From IMG/VR virus record IMGVR_UViG_3300025093_000019, positions 1-64,000 of that record: a DNA stretch of 64,000 nucleotides; one strand, written 5' to 3'. This DNA is from a virus. Below are positions 37,513-47,088 of this stretch, piece by piece; position 1 is the stretch's first letter; each line of letters opens with the position of its first letter. The translations under genes were made by a program, and so were the position numbers. Below the pieces are notes generated by a model, which saw only the letters and a list, made by a program, of their open reading frames with translations, had not been told where the DNA came from and made no database searches.

Positions 37513-40500
37513 TTATTTAAATCCAGCACCTCCAAACATTTTTTGCATCTGCATATAGTTTATCAATCCACGTTCACCAGGACTTTGAACTGCATCAGTA
37601 TTTACACTTGCAGACTGTACTTTTTGTTGTTCTGCTGGTTGTTCTTCAACAGGAACTTCTTCTCCCTTGCTTTCTGCAATTGTTTGAGATCCAGCCCTTG
37701 TTGCCGTTTTTTGTGCGGCAACTTTTTCAGCCTGAATAAGAGTAGGAGTGATTAAGCTTCCTGCTGAAATATCATCAATTGATCGACTACCTATTGCAGT
37801 AAATTCGTCAAGTTTTCTTGGTAACAAATACTCTCCAGTATTAAACATGTTTCTTCCTAAAGCGTCTTTAAGACCAGGATTTACAATTTTATTGTCTATT
37901 TGGAGTAATGAGTTTTGCCAATAATTTTGAGGTTGAGAAACCATTTGATTTACATTTATTCTCTGGTTTAAAGGCAAACTTAAATAGTGTTTTCTAAATT
38001 CAGGATTACTCATCATTTCTGCTCTTGACGGAATAGATTTTGTTGCAGCGTCTTCTACAGCTTCTCTTGTAATTCCTGTCGGAAGACTTTTTCCTTTATT
38101 TGCACGAGTCATTAAATTTCCTAAGCTGTACTGAGATGCTGCGGCCTCTGTTAAAGGAGTTGCTTGATACATTAAATTATCTCCATATTGAGATGCGTAT
38201 TTAGCAAGTTCATCATTATTTTTTAATGCTTGTTGCCACATTGCATCAGAAGGATTAAATTGTCCACTAGCTATTCTATCTTTTAATTCTTGTAATGATT
38301 CTTTTCCTGTAAGTCTAACAAGATCTTTTCTTTTAAATAATTGACTAGGTTTAGCAACTCCTCTTAAAACTTGATTTACTCCAAGCTCTTTAGCTGTTGC
38401 ATAACCAAGCATTTTTGACGCTCCTGTAAGTTCACTAGCACCAGTAATACCACCAATAAGGTTAGCACCGGCATATCCTAAATCTTTTAATCCTTCAGCG
38501 TATTCACCTTTGTCAAAATCATCAGCAGCATCACTCATACTAACGCCTGCTTGAGTTGCATAATGTAATGGATTAAATACTTTAAAAGCGTCATTTATCC
38601 ATGACTCTGAATCTCCAGAAATATCATATAGATCTTGAGTAGTTACTCCATATCTGTCTGCAACCTGTTGTGCTTTCTCTGGATCACTAAGCCAAGCTTC
38701 TTGACCAACCATTGCACCTTCTCCTTGCATCCATTGAGATCCTGTTAATATAGGATCATCCATAAATGCTACAACTTGCTGTCCAGCTTTTTTGTACCAT
38801 GGCATATCATCCCATATCTTTTGCTCTTGTGCCTGGAAGTTTTGTATTTTTTTCTGTTGCATTTCTGGTGCGTACATAGCTTGAACCAATGCAACATCGT
38901 CATAATCTCCTGTTTCCGGATTAATAAAATCATCTCTACTCAGCCCTAATTCATCTTCCCACAAAACTCTATTTGTGTAATACTCATTCATTGCACTTCG
39001 AACAAATGCCTGTTGTTCAGCTCTAACTTGTTGGGGTGTTTTAATTTGAAAATCAAATGTATTATCAAAACTGCTATCAACAATGTTTGTCACGTCTGTT
39101 GATTCTGCAACTACAGGCATTGAATCATAACCTAATTCTATATTAGGCTGCTGATCACGTTGCTGCTCTCTTTCAATCCTGTCTGCCTCTTCCAAGAGTT
39201 TAGCACCTTCAATAGTTGGACCTCCAGCATAAGCTTCATCCCTTAGTTGTTGAGCAGTTTTTGAATCGGTTCTAGTAAGTAATGGCGGGGCTGGAGCAGT
39301 GTAGGTTTCTTCACCTGTTTCTTGTTCTTTTTGACGTTGCATAAGATCTCTAGCTGCTCTTTCTGCTGCTAGTTTTCTACTGGCTATTCCTTCAGCACGT
39401 TCACCAAATATTCTTTCAAGACCTTCTTCTGTTCCAAAATTAGATTTTATGAGTTCATTGAATGCACCTGATTTAGTAAAGCCCATATCCATGTACTCTT
39501 GAATCTTTCTCATGCCTCTCTCATCATATTTTGCTTGATGATAGTCATATACAGGCTGGAACATTTCATCTATTCTAGCACGATCTGCACCGGTTATTTC
39601 AGCAAGTTTGTTACCTCTATATCCATGTTGCATTATTCCTTCAGATATGTCAGCAACTTCATAGGCACTCAAGGATCCGTCTTCATTCATTACAGGGAAA
39701 TAATTCATATCCCTATACTCATTGAATATCTGATCCATAAAAGGAACTTCACCAGTATATCCTGATTCGTATTCTGCTAGTTGATCTTTTGTAAATGTAA
39801 TCTTAGGCTTAATTTTACCGCCATCTTGAAAGTTGAACCGAGCTCTTATCCCTGGCTTTATTTTGTTTATTCCTTTTTGATTTTTGCCATCAGCTATATT
39901 GTAAGTTCCAGTTAACCCTACAGAAAATTTAGGGAAGTTTTTTGATATACCTCCGAAAGCTTCTCCTTTCCAATATTTATTTGGCTGATAAGGAATAATA
40001 GCTCCAATATTTCCTTCTAAACCAGATGGAATATGTCCTGCACCCATTAAACCAAAGATTCCTTCTGGATTTGGATTAGCAAACATGTATTTGTACATAT
40101 TACTTTCTTTACCTCCTCCAAACTGGTGATTTAACCCAATGTCTATTGGAGTCCTTTCTTCAGGTAAGTTGGCCTTAGTATTTAAAAGTACATTCTTTAT
40201 ATTCTGTTTTGGAGGATCTGTTGGTCCACCATCTTCCATATAAACTTTACCACCAAACTTCCATCCTTCTTGAGGTTGTTCAAGTTCTGGCTGTTTGCGA
40301 TAATCAACTGTAATTTCTTCTCCTGCTCCAATCTTATCAATTGGCATAATAAAATGCTTGTTACCAATTTTTGTAACCCTAGCATTTGGTGTCTCGGAAT
40401 GATTATAGTTTTGTCCTAAATCTGTTGTTGGCCAATTGTCCTCATGGGTAGTTCCGAAAAATCCATCATTTACTGATAGATCTTCACCAGCAAACAATCC

Positions 40501-40551
40501 ATTTCCATGAATTTGAGAAGGTCCTACATATGTCTTTGTTCCCTTTTTCAT
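37513..40551 (-). CDS. Multidomain putative virion cargo protein with an N-terminal SET (lysine methyltransferase) domain
   Basis: SQIHGNGLFA...YNHSETPNA...IGAGEEITVDY covers the SET signature motifs; followed by WKFGG, MEDGG and FQDGG motifs and a Gly/Ala hydrophobic segment. Confidence 0.8.
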   Translation of the reverse strand: MKKGTKTYVGPSQIHGNGLFAGEDLSVNDGFFGTTHEDNWPTTDLGQNYNHSETPNARVTKIGNKHFIMPIDKIGAGEEITVDYRKQPELEQPQEGWKFGGKVYMEDGGPTDPPKQNIKNVLLNTKANLPEERTPIDIGLNHQFGGGKESNMYKYMFANPNPEGIFGLMGAGHIPSGLEGNIGAIIPYQPNKYWKGEAFGGISKNFPKFSVGLTGTYNIADGKNQKGINKIKPGIRARFNFQDGGKIKPKITFTKDQLAEYESGYTGEVPFMDQIFNEYRDMNYFPVMNEDGSLSAYEVADISEGIMQHGYRGNKLAEITGADRARIDEMFQPVYDYHQAKYDERGMRKIQEYMDMGFTKSGAFNELIKSNFGTEEGLERIFGERAEGIASRKLAAERAARDLMQRQKEQETGEETYTAPAPPLLTRTDSKTAQQLRDEAYAGGPTIEGAKLLEEADRIEREQQRDQQPNIELGYDSMPVVAESTDVTNIVDSSFDNTFDFQIKTPQQVRAEQQAFVRSAMNEYYTNRVLWEDELGLSRDDFINPETGDYDDVALVQAMYAPEMQQKKIQNFQAQEQKIWDDMPWYKKAGQQVVAFMDDPILTGSQWMQGEGAMVGQEAWLSDPEKAQQVADRYGVTTQDLYDISGDSESWINDAFKVFNPLHYATQAGVSMSDAADDFDKGEYAEGLKDLGYAGANLIGGITGASELTGASKMLGYATAKELGVNQVLRGVAKPSQLFKRKDLVRLTGKESLQELKDRIASGQFNPSDAMWQQALKNNDELAKYASQYGDNLMYQATPLTEAAASQYSLGNLMTRANKGKSLPTGITREAVEDAATKSIPSRAEMMSNPEFRKHYLSLPLNQRINVNQMVSQPQNYWQNSLLQIDNKIVNPGLKDALGRNMFNTGEYLLPRKLDEFTAIGSRSIDDISAGSLITPTLIQAEKVAAQKTATRAGSQTIAESKGEEVPVEEQPAEQQKVQSASVNTDAVQSPGERGLINYMQMQKMFGGAGFK

Positions 40552-41303
40552 TATGCAACATTTCTAGACATTTTTACTTTAGGAACAATGTTATGTAGGA
40601 GCATGCTTATTTCGTTCATGTCGTCACGAGAAACATCTCTAAAGTTTCCTTTTGCTTTTGCAACATAGTGACCTAATCGATCGTTCAAGTACATATATCT
40701 TCCATCTGGAATCAATCCATTCATATAGTCCTCAAAATAAAGTTTAGTCATGCAATACCAAAAGCAAGCTTCTTGATGTCCATCTCTAATCATTGGAAGA
40801 CCTTCGTGATCTACAGCTACTCCTATGTAGTCTATATCAACAGTGTATTCTTGACTGAATGTTCCAGGATCATCAAGGTTAAATCGAAGATAAGCTCCAT
40901 CCCAATCATATTTTGGAACAGAACACTTATTTCTATAAACACTCAAGATCCTATAAATGTTACAAGGTAGATATGCTTTATTATGCTTCACAGTAACTTT
41001 TACATTTCTGTACTTCACAAAAGCATCATACATTGCTATCTCATCTGTCTCACATTCACCACACCATTCCGCAATATCATATATGTCAAACTCTTTACCT
41101 TTGACGTTTCTAGATATTCTTGCGGCTACATTTCTTACAGAGACATATTTACCTGAGTTAATATGCTCTACAGCTTCAGCAGAAAAACTCTTTTGAGAGC
41201 AATCTCCTGTACCGGGAACATTAATATCACAACTGCTTGCAGATTGTCCAGTGACATTTAAGTTTACCGTGTTGGCTGGATTATTGAAACTACTATGACT
41301 CAT
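40551..41303 (-). CDS. Tail tubular/ring protein (P22 gp4-like)
   Basis: Likely start MSHSS at 41303; KAYLPCN..RI...IDY.G..VD.EGLPMI...EACFWY pattern of crAss Ttub-like ring proteins; position fits. Confidence 0.65.
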   Translation of the reverse strand: MSHSSFNNPANTVNLNVTGQSASSCDINVPGTGDCSQKSFSAEAVEHINSGKYVSVRNVAARISRNVKGKEFDIYDIAEWCGECETDEIAMYDAFVKYRNVKVTVKHNKAYLPCNIYRILSVYRNKCSVPKYDWDGAYLRFNLDDPGTFSQEYTVDIDYIGVAVDHEGLPMIRDGHQEACFWYCMTKLYFEDYMNGLIPDGRYMYLNDRLGHYVAKAKGNFRDVSRDDMNEISMLLHNIVPKVKMSRNVA

Positions 41304-41304
41304 A

Positions 41305-41757
41305 CTATTCGTATTTATGACCACTCTTTATTAAATGGTACATTTTTGTTCTTAACCTAGTATTAAATCTTAGACGATAATGCTTCTTGTTTCTTTTTGT
41401 TATTTCTTGGTTTATCTTTAATCTTGGAGTAAAGACTCTACCATCAGATTCAATATCATAAATATAATCAGAACGATTTTCATTTGCTGTATTCGATACT
41501 TTTAAATAACCAAATCCAGGAGATGGAAAAACAAATATTTCATTGTTCTCAATCAGATCTGTAGATAGTTTACTTAAAAAAGAATTGAACACATGTGTTG
41601 CAATACTCTTTGCTTCTGATTCTGTTTTTGTTCCTAATAGATCTTTATATGAACTGAAGGATCTCTTTTTAAAGTTGTCTAAACTTAAAACATCAGACAA
41701 GCTATTTATCTTGTATGCATAAGTAGCATCATCATTGACAAATTGCTCATATCTCAT
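41305..41757 (-). CDS. IHF/HU-like DNA-binding protein (crAss type)
   Basis: Likely start MRYEQF at 41757; helix then LIEN..F.FP..GFGYLKV, an HU/IHF-like pattern; basic C-terminus; located next to the tail tubular gene. Confidence 0.5.
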   Translation of the reverse strand: MRYEQFVNDDATYAYKINSLSDVLSLDNFKKRSFSSYKDLLGTKTESEAKSIATHVFNSFLSKLSTDLIENNEIFVFPSPGFGYLKVSNTANENRSDYIYDIESDGRVFTPRLKINQEITKRNKKHYRLRFNTRLRTKMYHLIKSGHKYE

Positions 41758-41758
41758 A

Positions 41759-42151
41759 TTAATGTTTAAATCGATCGGTAGGCTGAATTTCACTTGCTGT
41801 CTTCCAGATTTGATTTGGATCCGGATGTGCAACTATCTCTGAAAAGTCAGTACCTGGGTTTAAATGTTGATCTCTTCTTGCTACATCAAAGTCTTGGCTT
41901 TCTTTTGGAATCGCTACGTTTGTCTCTACTACATACTTTTGATCTACATAAAATATGTTTCCAGAAACACAAACACCATAGTGTTTAACTATAGCTTTTT
42001 TTGTTCCTCCACATCCACAACCAATTTCTAACCAAACAATCCTATCAAATTCATATTGATGATTTATCTTAAACAGATGACCACCCATGTACAATCTATT
42101 TTGAAAAGTAACATGGCCACATACATCTTCTTGTCTAACGATATTCGGCAT
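41759..42151 (-). CDS. Hypothetical protein (GCGCGG motif)
   Basis: Tightly packed in the operon. Confidence 0.6.
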   Translation of the reverse strand: MPNIVRQEDVCGHVTFQNRLYMGGHLFKINHQYEFDRIVWLEIGCGCGGTKKAIVKHYGVCVSGNIFYVDQKYVVETNVAIPKESQDFDVARRDQHLNPGTDFSEIVAHPDPNQIWKTASEIQPTDRFKH

Positions 42152-42816
42152 TATTCAATTCTACTTGGTTTATTTAATTGATCCGGACTTTCATCTCTAG
42201 CATTATTGCCTTCGTCTGGACCTATCTGGATTGTGCTCATAAACTGCTGTATAGCCAATAACTCTAACTTGTGTATTAAATGTCTAGCAATAGGGAATGG
42301 ATCATCTTCATTACAAATGTCTCTAGGATCTTCAAGAACACCAATCAAACAAACAAATTTCAAACCATGAGTAGGAAGGTTTTTTAATATCGCTTTATCA
42401 TCAACCAGTGTAAATGATGGAGCTTTACCTGTATATTTCTCATGATCAGAATATAAAAACCCTTGGAAGCTTGTTCTTCTAAATGGATTTCTTTTGTCAA
42501 CTGTTCCTAAATACTTAATAGCATCATAGCCAACCGACGATTCTACTTTAGGTATTTTTATGTAATATTCTTTTACTCCAGAGTTATATCCATTACAATG
42601 AATAACATCACACTCTACTTCTAAGCAACACTCAGTTGTATAGTCTTGATCATTTAATTTTCTGAACTTTCTGTATTCTTCTTTCAAAAGCAGAGATCTA
42701 ATATCCCAACACTTATCATAAACAAGTTGAATATCAATGCGTTCATCATCAGTAGGATAATATCCTTTAATTTGATTCCTGATGCTGTAACCTATTTCTG
42801 CTAATGTTTTTGACAT
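42151..42816 (-). CDS. Putative tail ring protein
   Basis: Likely start MSKTL at 42816; pattern EIGYSI...DD.RI....V......R..L...GVLEDP...D.FPI resembles crAss ring proteins. Confidence 0.55.
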   Translation of the reverse strand: MSKTLAEIGYSIRNQIKGYYPTDDERIDIQLVYDKCWDIRSLLLKEEYRKFRKLNDQDYTTECCLEVECDVIHCNGYNSGVKEYYIKIPKVESSVGYDAIKYLGTVDKRNPFRRTSFQGFLYSDHEKYTGKAPSFTLVDDKAILKNLPTHGLKFVCLIGVLEDPRDICNEDDPFPIARHLIHKLELLAIQQFMSTIQIGPDEGNNARDESPDQLNKPSRIE

Positions 42817-42817
42817 C

Positions 42818-43147
42818 TTAAAGCCCAATTAATTTATTCCTCAAAACCCACATTACAGTATTAATGTACGAAGAACTGACACATGAAAAAACCCATAGAA
42901 GATATGTTCTTGCGTCTTTAAAATCTACATTACAATAATATGCTACTAAAAAGTAGATTATCGTACCCCAAAAACTTGACATGCATGCACAACAAACAAT
43001 TACTGGTTTCATCACCCATACAGGTGTGTTGTTTACAAACCAAGATCTAATAGGATATCCGATTCTGCCCCCATCTACGTCGTCAGTAATCTCACGCAGA
43101 CCGAGGCAGAAAATAGATATCATTGTTATTGTCCAAACAATACTCAT
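42818..43147 (-). CDS. Small membrane protein with CxxC (DUF1360-like)
   Basis: Three hydrophobic segments and KPVIVCCACMSSFWG. Confidence 0.55.
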   Translation of the reverse strand: MSIVWTITMISIFCLGLREITDDVDGGRIGYPIRSWFVNNTPVWVMKPVIVCCACMSSFWGTIIYFLVAYYCNVDFKDARTYLLWVFSCVSSSYINTVMWVLRNKLIGL

Positions 43148-43917
43148 TATAGAGTACCACCATTTGCAACTGGAATCAATCCTGCAATAGGAGTATCAAA
43201 CGCTGCAAAGTTTGGATCATTTGCACGAACATAGAAGTAAACTTCTTTTTCGTACTCATTGTAATGGTTTGCTCCATCCACATCCTGAACGTCTTCTAGT
43301 CCACGGATCGTAAAGTGATACTCACAATAGTCATCTCCTAGAACTGGGATGTTAGGTTGTGCACCTTGCATACCCCAACGGATTGGGAACAATCTACTCA
43401 TGTACTCAGAATCAAGAACCGCTTTCACGTAAGCAACTGTTTCAGTCACTGTTCCTGATGCAGTGTAAGCATTGAAGTTTACACCTGGTTTCCCAGTAAG
43501 TGTAATCACAGTACCTACAACTGATGCAGTAACACATGCAAACGGATCTGCGTTGATTGAAGCTGCGATTGCAGCAGCTGTATCGGCAGCAGTTGGTGTT
43601 CCACCAGCAGGATCCTCATAGCAGTAAGTGCGGATTGCAGGGAATGTTGTTTGAACTTCATAGTTCTGAAGGTTCGGCAAACATTCAACTGTCATGCACC
43701 ACTCGTAAGGACACTCGCATGATGTTGGAATAGCTACATCTACTTCAACCTCTTTTGGAGTTTCAGCAGAAGTACAAGTCTTGTGAGACTCGATTTGGTT
43801 TGCAGCAGTTAGAATGCCATAGCCTTCCACTGTTGCTGTAACATTAGGTGTTACATTCGTAATAATTGCCGGATCAATGTTGTTGATTAAGATCCTATCG
43901 GCTGCTCTTCTTAACAT
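43147..43917 (-). CDS. Putative auxiliary capsid/decoration protein
   Basis: Beta-rich and T/A/V-rich (TAAAIAASINAD...ITLTGK); near the major capsid gene. Confidence 0.5.
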   Translation of the reverse strand: MLRRAADRILINNIDPAIITNVTPNVTATVEGYGILTAANQIESHKTCTSAETPKEVEVDVAIPTSCECPYEWCMTVECLPNLQNYEVQTTFPAIRTYCYEDPAGGTPTAADTAAAIAASINADPFACVTASVVGTVITLTGKPGVNFNAYTASGTVTETVAYVKAVLDSEYMSRLFPIRWGMQGAQPNIPVLGDDYCEYHFTIRGLEDVQDVDGANHYNEYEKEVYFYVRANDPNFAAFDTPIAGLIPVANGGTL

Positions 43918-43945
43918 TTTCTTTCTTTTTTAGAATGTTTAAAAC

Positions 43946-44668
43946 TTATGTAATTGACTGAGAATCTTCTGCGATCTTTTGCTGGTATCTTGGTGACTCA
44001 TATATGCCTAACTTTTTACGGATAGCTACATCTACAATCTCCTCTCTAATATGTAGCGGAAGTTCACAAGGAATATCCACATTAGACTGAGGAGTTGGAA
44101 CTTGGATTCTTCTCGGATACCTAAGATAATCTATCAAGGCATATACCGCATAAGAATCCGTTCCTGTTTTGCATCTTATAGTATTTCCAAGCATCTTGTA
44201 ATACAACCTATCATTTGTTGGCTTGTTGTAAGGATCTTTTGCAATAGCATATTCCTTATCAGCCCTTAATGGTTTAGCTGCAATAGGATCAGAAATACCA
44301 GTTCTTCCGCATTTATCGTTTATGTACTCAATCTTAAAAGCAACATTCAACAAGAACATATACCCATTGTTGTCGCCATTAGGATTTCCAGGAGTAGTAA
44401 CGAAACTATTTGGACTATAAGGCAGTTCAAATATTTCTCCTCCCGGCTCAGTAACGCCTACATTTACAAGTTCATCACGGCACTCAATGATTCTAAGATC
44501 ATCAATTCTCTTCTGAGTTTTCTCGACTTCTGTGTATTTGTTTTTAACTAACTCGTCTTGCGACCAATTAATTAATCGATTAAACTCATCTGGAGTAACT
44601 GTGCCAGTGTGTTCCTTGTTAATTCCATCAAGGAATTCTGTAAACATATTTTGAGCAGTTACAAACAT
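43946..44668 (-). CDS. Putative head-tail connector/ring protein
   Basis: N.SQ.E.V...E.TQKRIDDLR...YLRYP...CELP...EEIVD.A pattern of the conserved crAss structural gene. Confidence 0.6.
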   Translation of the reverse strand: MFVTAQNMFTEFLDGINKEHTGTVTPDEFNRLINWSQDELVKNKYTEVEKTQKRIDDLRIIECRDELVNVGVTEPGGEIFELPYSPNSFVTTPGNPNGDNNGYMFLLNVAFKIEYINDKCGRTGISDPIAAKPLRADKEYAIAKDPYNKPTNDRLYYKMLGNTIRCKTGTDSYAVYALIDYLRYPRRIQVPTPQSNVDIPCELPLHIREEIVDVAIRKKLGIYESPRYQQKIAEDSQSIT

Positions 44669-44671
44669 CTA

Positions 44672-45550
44672 TTAGTCTTTTTTCGCACCAGCTTTAGCTC
44701 TAGGCTTTCTAGCAGGCTTTGATTCTTTGTCGTTTTCTTCTTTTTTAGAAGCTGTTTCTGAAGCAGGCTTAACTTGTTCCATCTCTTGGATTCTTGGTTC
44801 TGCCGGACCAGACTTCATCATTTTATGCCACTGGGTAACAATTGATGAGTTTAGAGGATCCTTCAACCACTGAATAGCATAATCTTCATTGATACCAATC
44901 AAGTCTTTACCATTCATGTATCTACCATTATCCAAATAGATAACATGATTCTCAAGAAGCTTTTTCAAGAAGATCTTATGTTTTAGATCCTTATCATTGC
45001 TTACATCAAGAATTTGCTGAGGTTTTTCTTCTGCAATTTCATAAAGAACACTTTCAATTTGAGTCCCTGACAAGTTCGTAGTGTACTTACCAAGTATTCT
45101 TGAGTAGTTCATCATTTCCTCCATTGACAATGAAGCAATGGTAGCAAACGCTTTACCTTTCAATTTACTCTTACTGATAGTAGCAGTTGCCTCTTTCTCT
45201 TTGTCTTCAATGTAAAATCTATGACGATCCGGGTTGATCCCGTTTTTGTCGTGAGCAACCATTGGATCATCTTTAATAACCTCAAACAGAAGTGCATCAT
45301 TTGGATTGTCCAAGTCAAAAACTTGCAAATGATAGGCACGTACAGTTAGTTCATCAATTACATTATCGTCACGATCTCTTTTTGGTTCCAGTGTGATTGT
45401 TACTCTTTCCTGTAACTCTGGAGTCAATCTTGACTTGTAATCAATAACCTGTCGTGTTGAGGGATCTTCTTTAGGTGCTATAAACACCGGAGCCTCGTGA
45501 TATCTTTTATCTATGGCTACCAACCTTTTTTTATTTGAAACAGTTTCCAT
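44672..45550 (-). CDS. Conserved crAss-like protein downstream of the major capsid gene
   Basis: FDLDNPND...RFYIED.EKEA pattern; position fits. Confidence 0.55.
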   Translation of the reverse strand: METVSNKKRLVAIDKRYHEAPVFIAPKEDPSTRQVIDYKSRLTPELQERVTITLEPKRDRDDNVIDELTVRAYHLQVFDLDNPNDALLFEVIKDDPMVAHDKNGINPDRHRFYIEDKEKEATATISKSKLKGKAFATIASLSMEEMMNYSRILGKYTTNLSGTQIESVLYEIAEEKPQQILDVSNDKDLKHKIFLKKLLENHVIYLDNGRYMNGKDLIGINEDYAIQWLKDPLNSSIVTQWHKMMKSGPAEPRIQEMEQVKPASETASKKEENDKESKPARKPRAKAGAKKD

Positions 45551-45594
45551 TTTTTTCTAGTTTCTTAGTTCTTAATTCTTATTCTATGATCTTA

Positions 45595-47061
45595 TTAAAC
45601 TCCTGGCTTATAGAGTTCAGCAAATCCAAATGGATTTTTCAAGCAAAGACCTGTCTCAGACAGAACTTGTACTTGGTATCCATCAACTGAATTTGAAGCA
45701 AATTCTCTACGTCCAGTTCCTCCTGGAGAAGCCATACCATCGATCACTTTCTTCACATATCGACGATCATCTGATCCGTTTCCAAGTGCGATTAGATCTA
45801 CGTTTGCATCTCCACCAATTGTGTTTCCAAGTGAAACAAAGAATCCACGGTAAGACTCAAGGTTTGTTCCATAGATGTCTTTTTGTTGTGGTCGCCATGC
45901 AGCGTCCATTGCTTTGTTCCAAGCTACAACAATACGAACACCAGCCATTTCATAGCTGTTAAACGCAACTTTCACACCTTTTTCTTGATCACCTTTTGAC
46001 ACAAACAATGGCTCAGGATTGTACTTGAACACATCACGCATCAATCTCTGGAAGTTCCAGATAAATGCTTGACCTCCCATTACAAACACCTCAGTCATTC
46101 CGTCATTGTTTGCAAGAAGCTGCATATTCTGCATAATGTTCTCAATTGTCTTGATGTTCAAGTTGTTATACTGGAACTTCAATGAAGCATCCCCTTGAGC
46201 AACAAGTCCATCACCTTGAACGATCTCACGGCCTTTAAGGTCACGAAGATATACGTTCTCATTTGCATCGATGGAAGCACGTCCAAAGATCAATTGGTTC
46301 TCACGAGCATAAGCCCAACGACGCAACATTTCCATTTCTTGTTGCTTGAACCATAATTTCTGACCATTGTGCTCAACCCACAATACTGTGTTTTGTGCAG
46401 ATCCAGAAATTGAGAATTGCATACGCTGAATTGTCATGTAGTTCGTATGCCACTCAGGATAAGTATTTTTCTCATATCCTGTTTCAGAAAGCTCAGGAAA
46501 CGCTGTATAGCTGAAACCAACTTCTTTACCAACATCTAGTAAAGATGGATCAACAAAAGCTCCAACAACATTGCTAACAAGCTTACACTTGTACACCCAT
46601 TGTCCGCTTGTGTTTTCAACTGGATACTCATCCATGATTTGGATGATTGTTCTTCTATCTCCAAGCTCTAACGTATCGTTAGGAGAGAAGAAGTTTGTAT
46701 CCAAAGTCAACAAGAAAACAGATCCTCCTGTTGCAGTGATGATTCCTGGTGTTGACGTTGCAGCACCGGAAGCGTCAGTTACAGCAGCAGTGATTGTTCC
46801 TTTACGGAAAGGATAACCTTTCAATGCCCATTGGAATTTCCTGTTACCAATTACCTTGAAGTCTGATGTTTCCATTCCAGGCTTCAATCCTTTTTTCTGA
46901 TACCCTCTACGGGCAAGATAAGACGAAAACGCTGTGAAGTTATCCTCGAAAAGATTCACGACGTTTGTTGCAATCTCGGGGCGAGTCAATAAAGCTGCCG
47001 CAAGAGAGTTCGTCATTGTAGTCCTATTAGCATCATATGTGCCAGTACCAATAATTTTCAT
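45595..47061 (-). CDS. Major capsid protein (crAss-like, HK97 fold)
   Basis: 488 aa after portal and scaffold; FPELSE.G, N.MTI.R, GDGL..Q, SNSVDGY...LSE.G...NPF pattern. Confidence 0.8.
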   Translation of the reverse strand: MKIIGTGTYDANRTTMTNSLAAALLTRPEIATNVVNLFEDNFTAFSSYLARRGYQKKGLKPGMETSDFKVIGNRKFQWALKGYPFRKGTITAAVTDASGAATSTPGIITATGGSVFLLTLDTNFFSPNDTLELGDRRTIIQIMDEYPVENTSGQWVYKCKLVSNVVGAFVDPSLLDVGKEVGFSYTAFPELSETGYEKNTYPEWHTNYMTIQRMQFSISGSAQNTVLWVEHNGQKLWFKQQEMEMLRRWAYARENQLIFGRASIDANENVYLRDLKGREIVQGDGLVAQGDASLKFQYNNLNIKTIENIMQNMQLLANNDGMTEVFVMGGQAFIWNFQRLMRDVFKYNPEPLFVSKGDQEKGVKVAFNSYEMAGVRIVVAWNKAMDAAWRPQQKDIYGTNLESYRGFFVSLGNTIGGDANVDLIALGNGSDDRRYVKKVIDGMASPGGTGRREFASNSVDGYQVQVLSETGLCLKNPFGFAELYKPGV

Positions 47062-47088
47062 TTTCTCTTTTTTTTAAATAAAGTTTAA

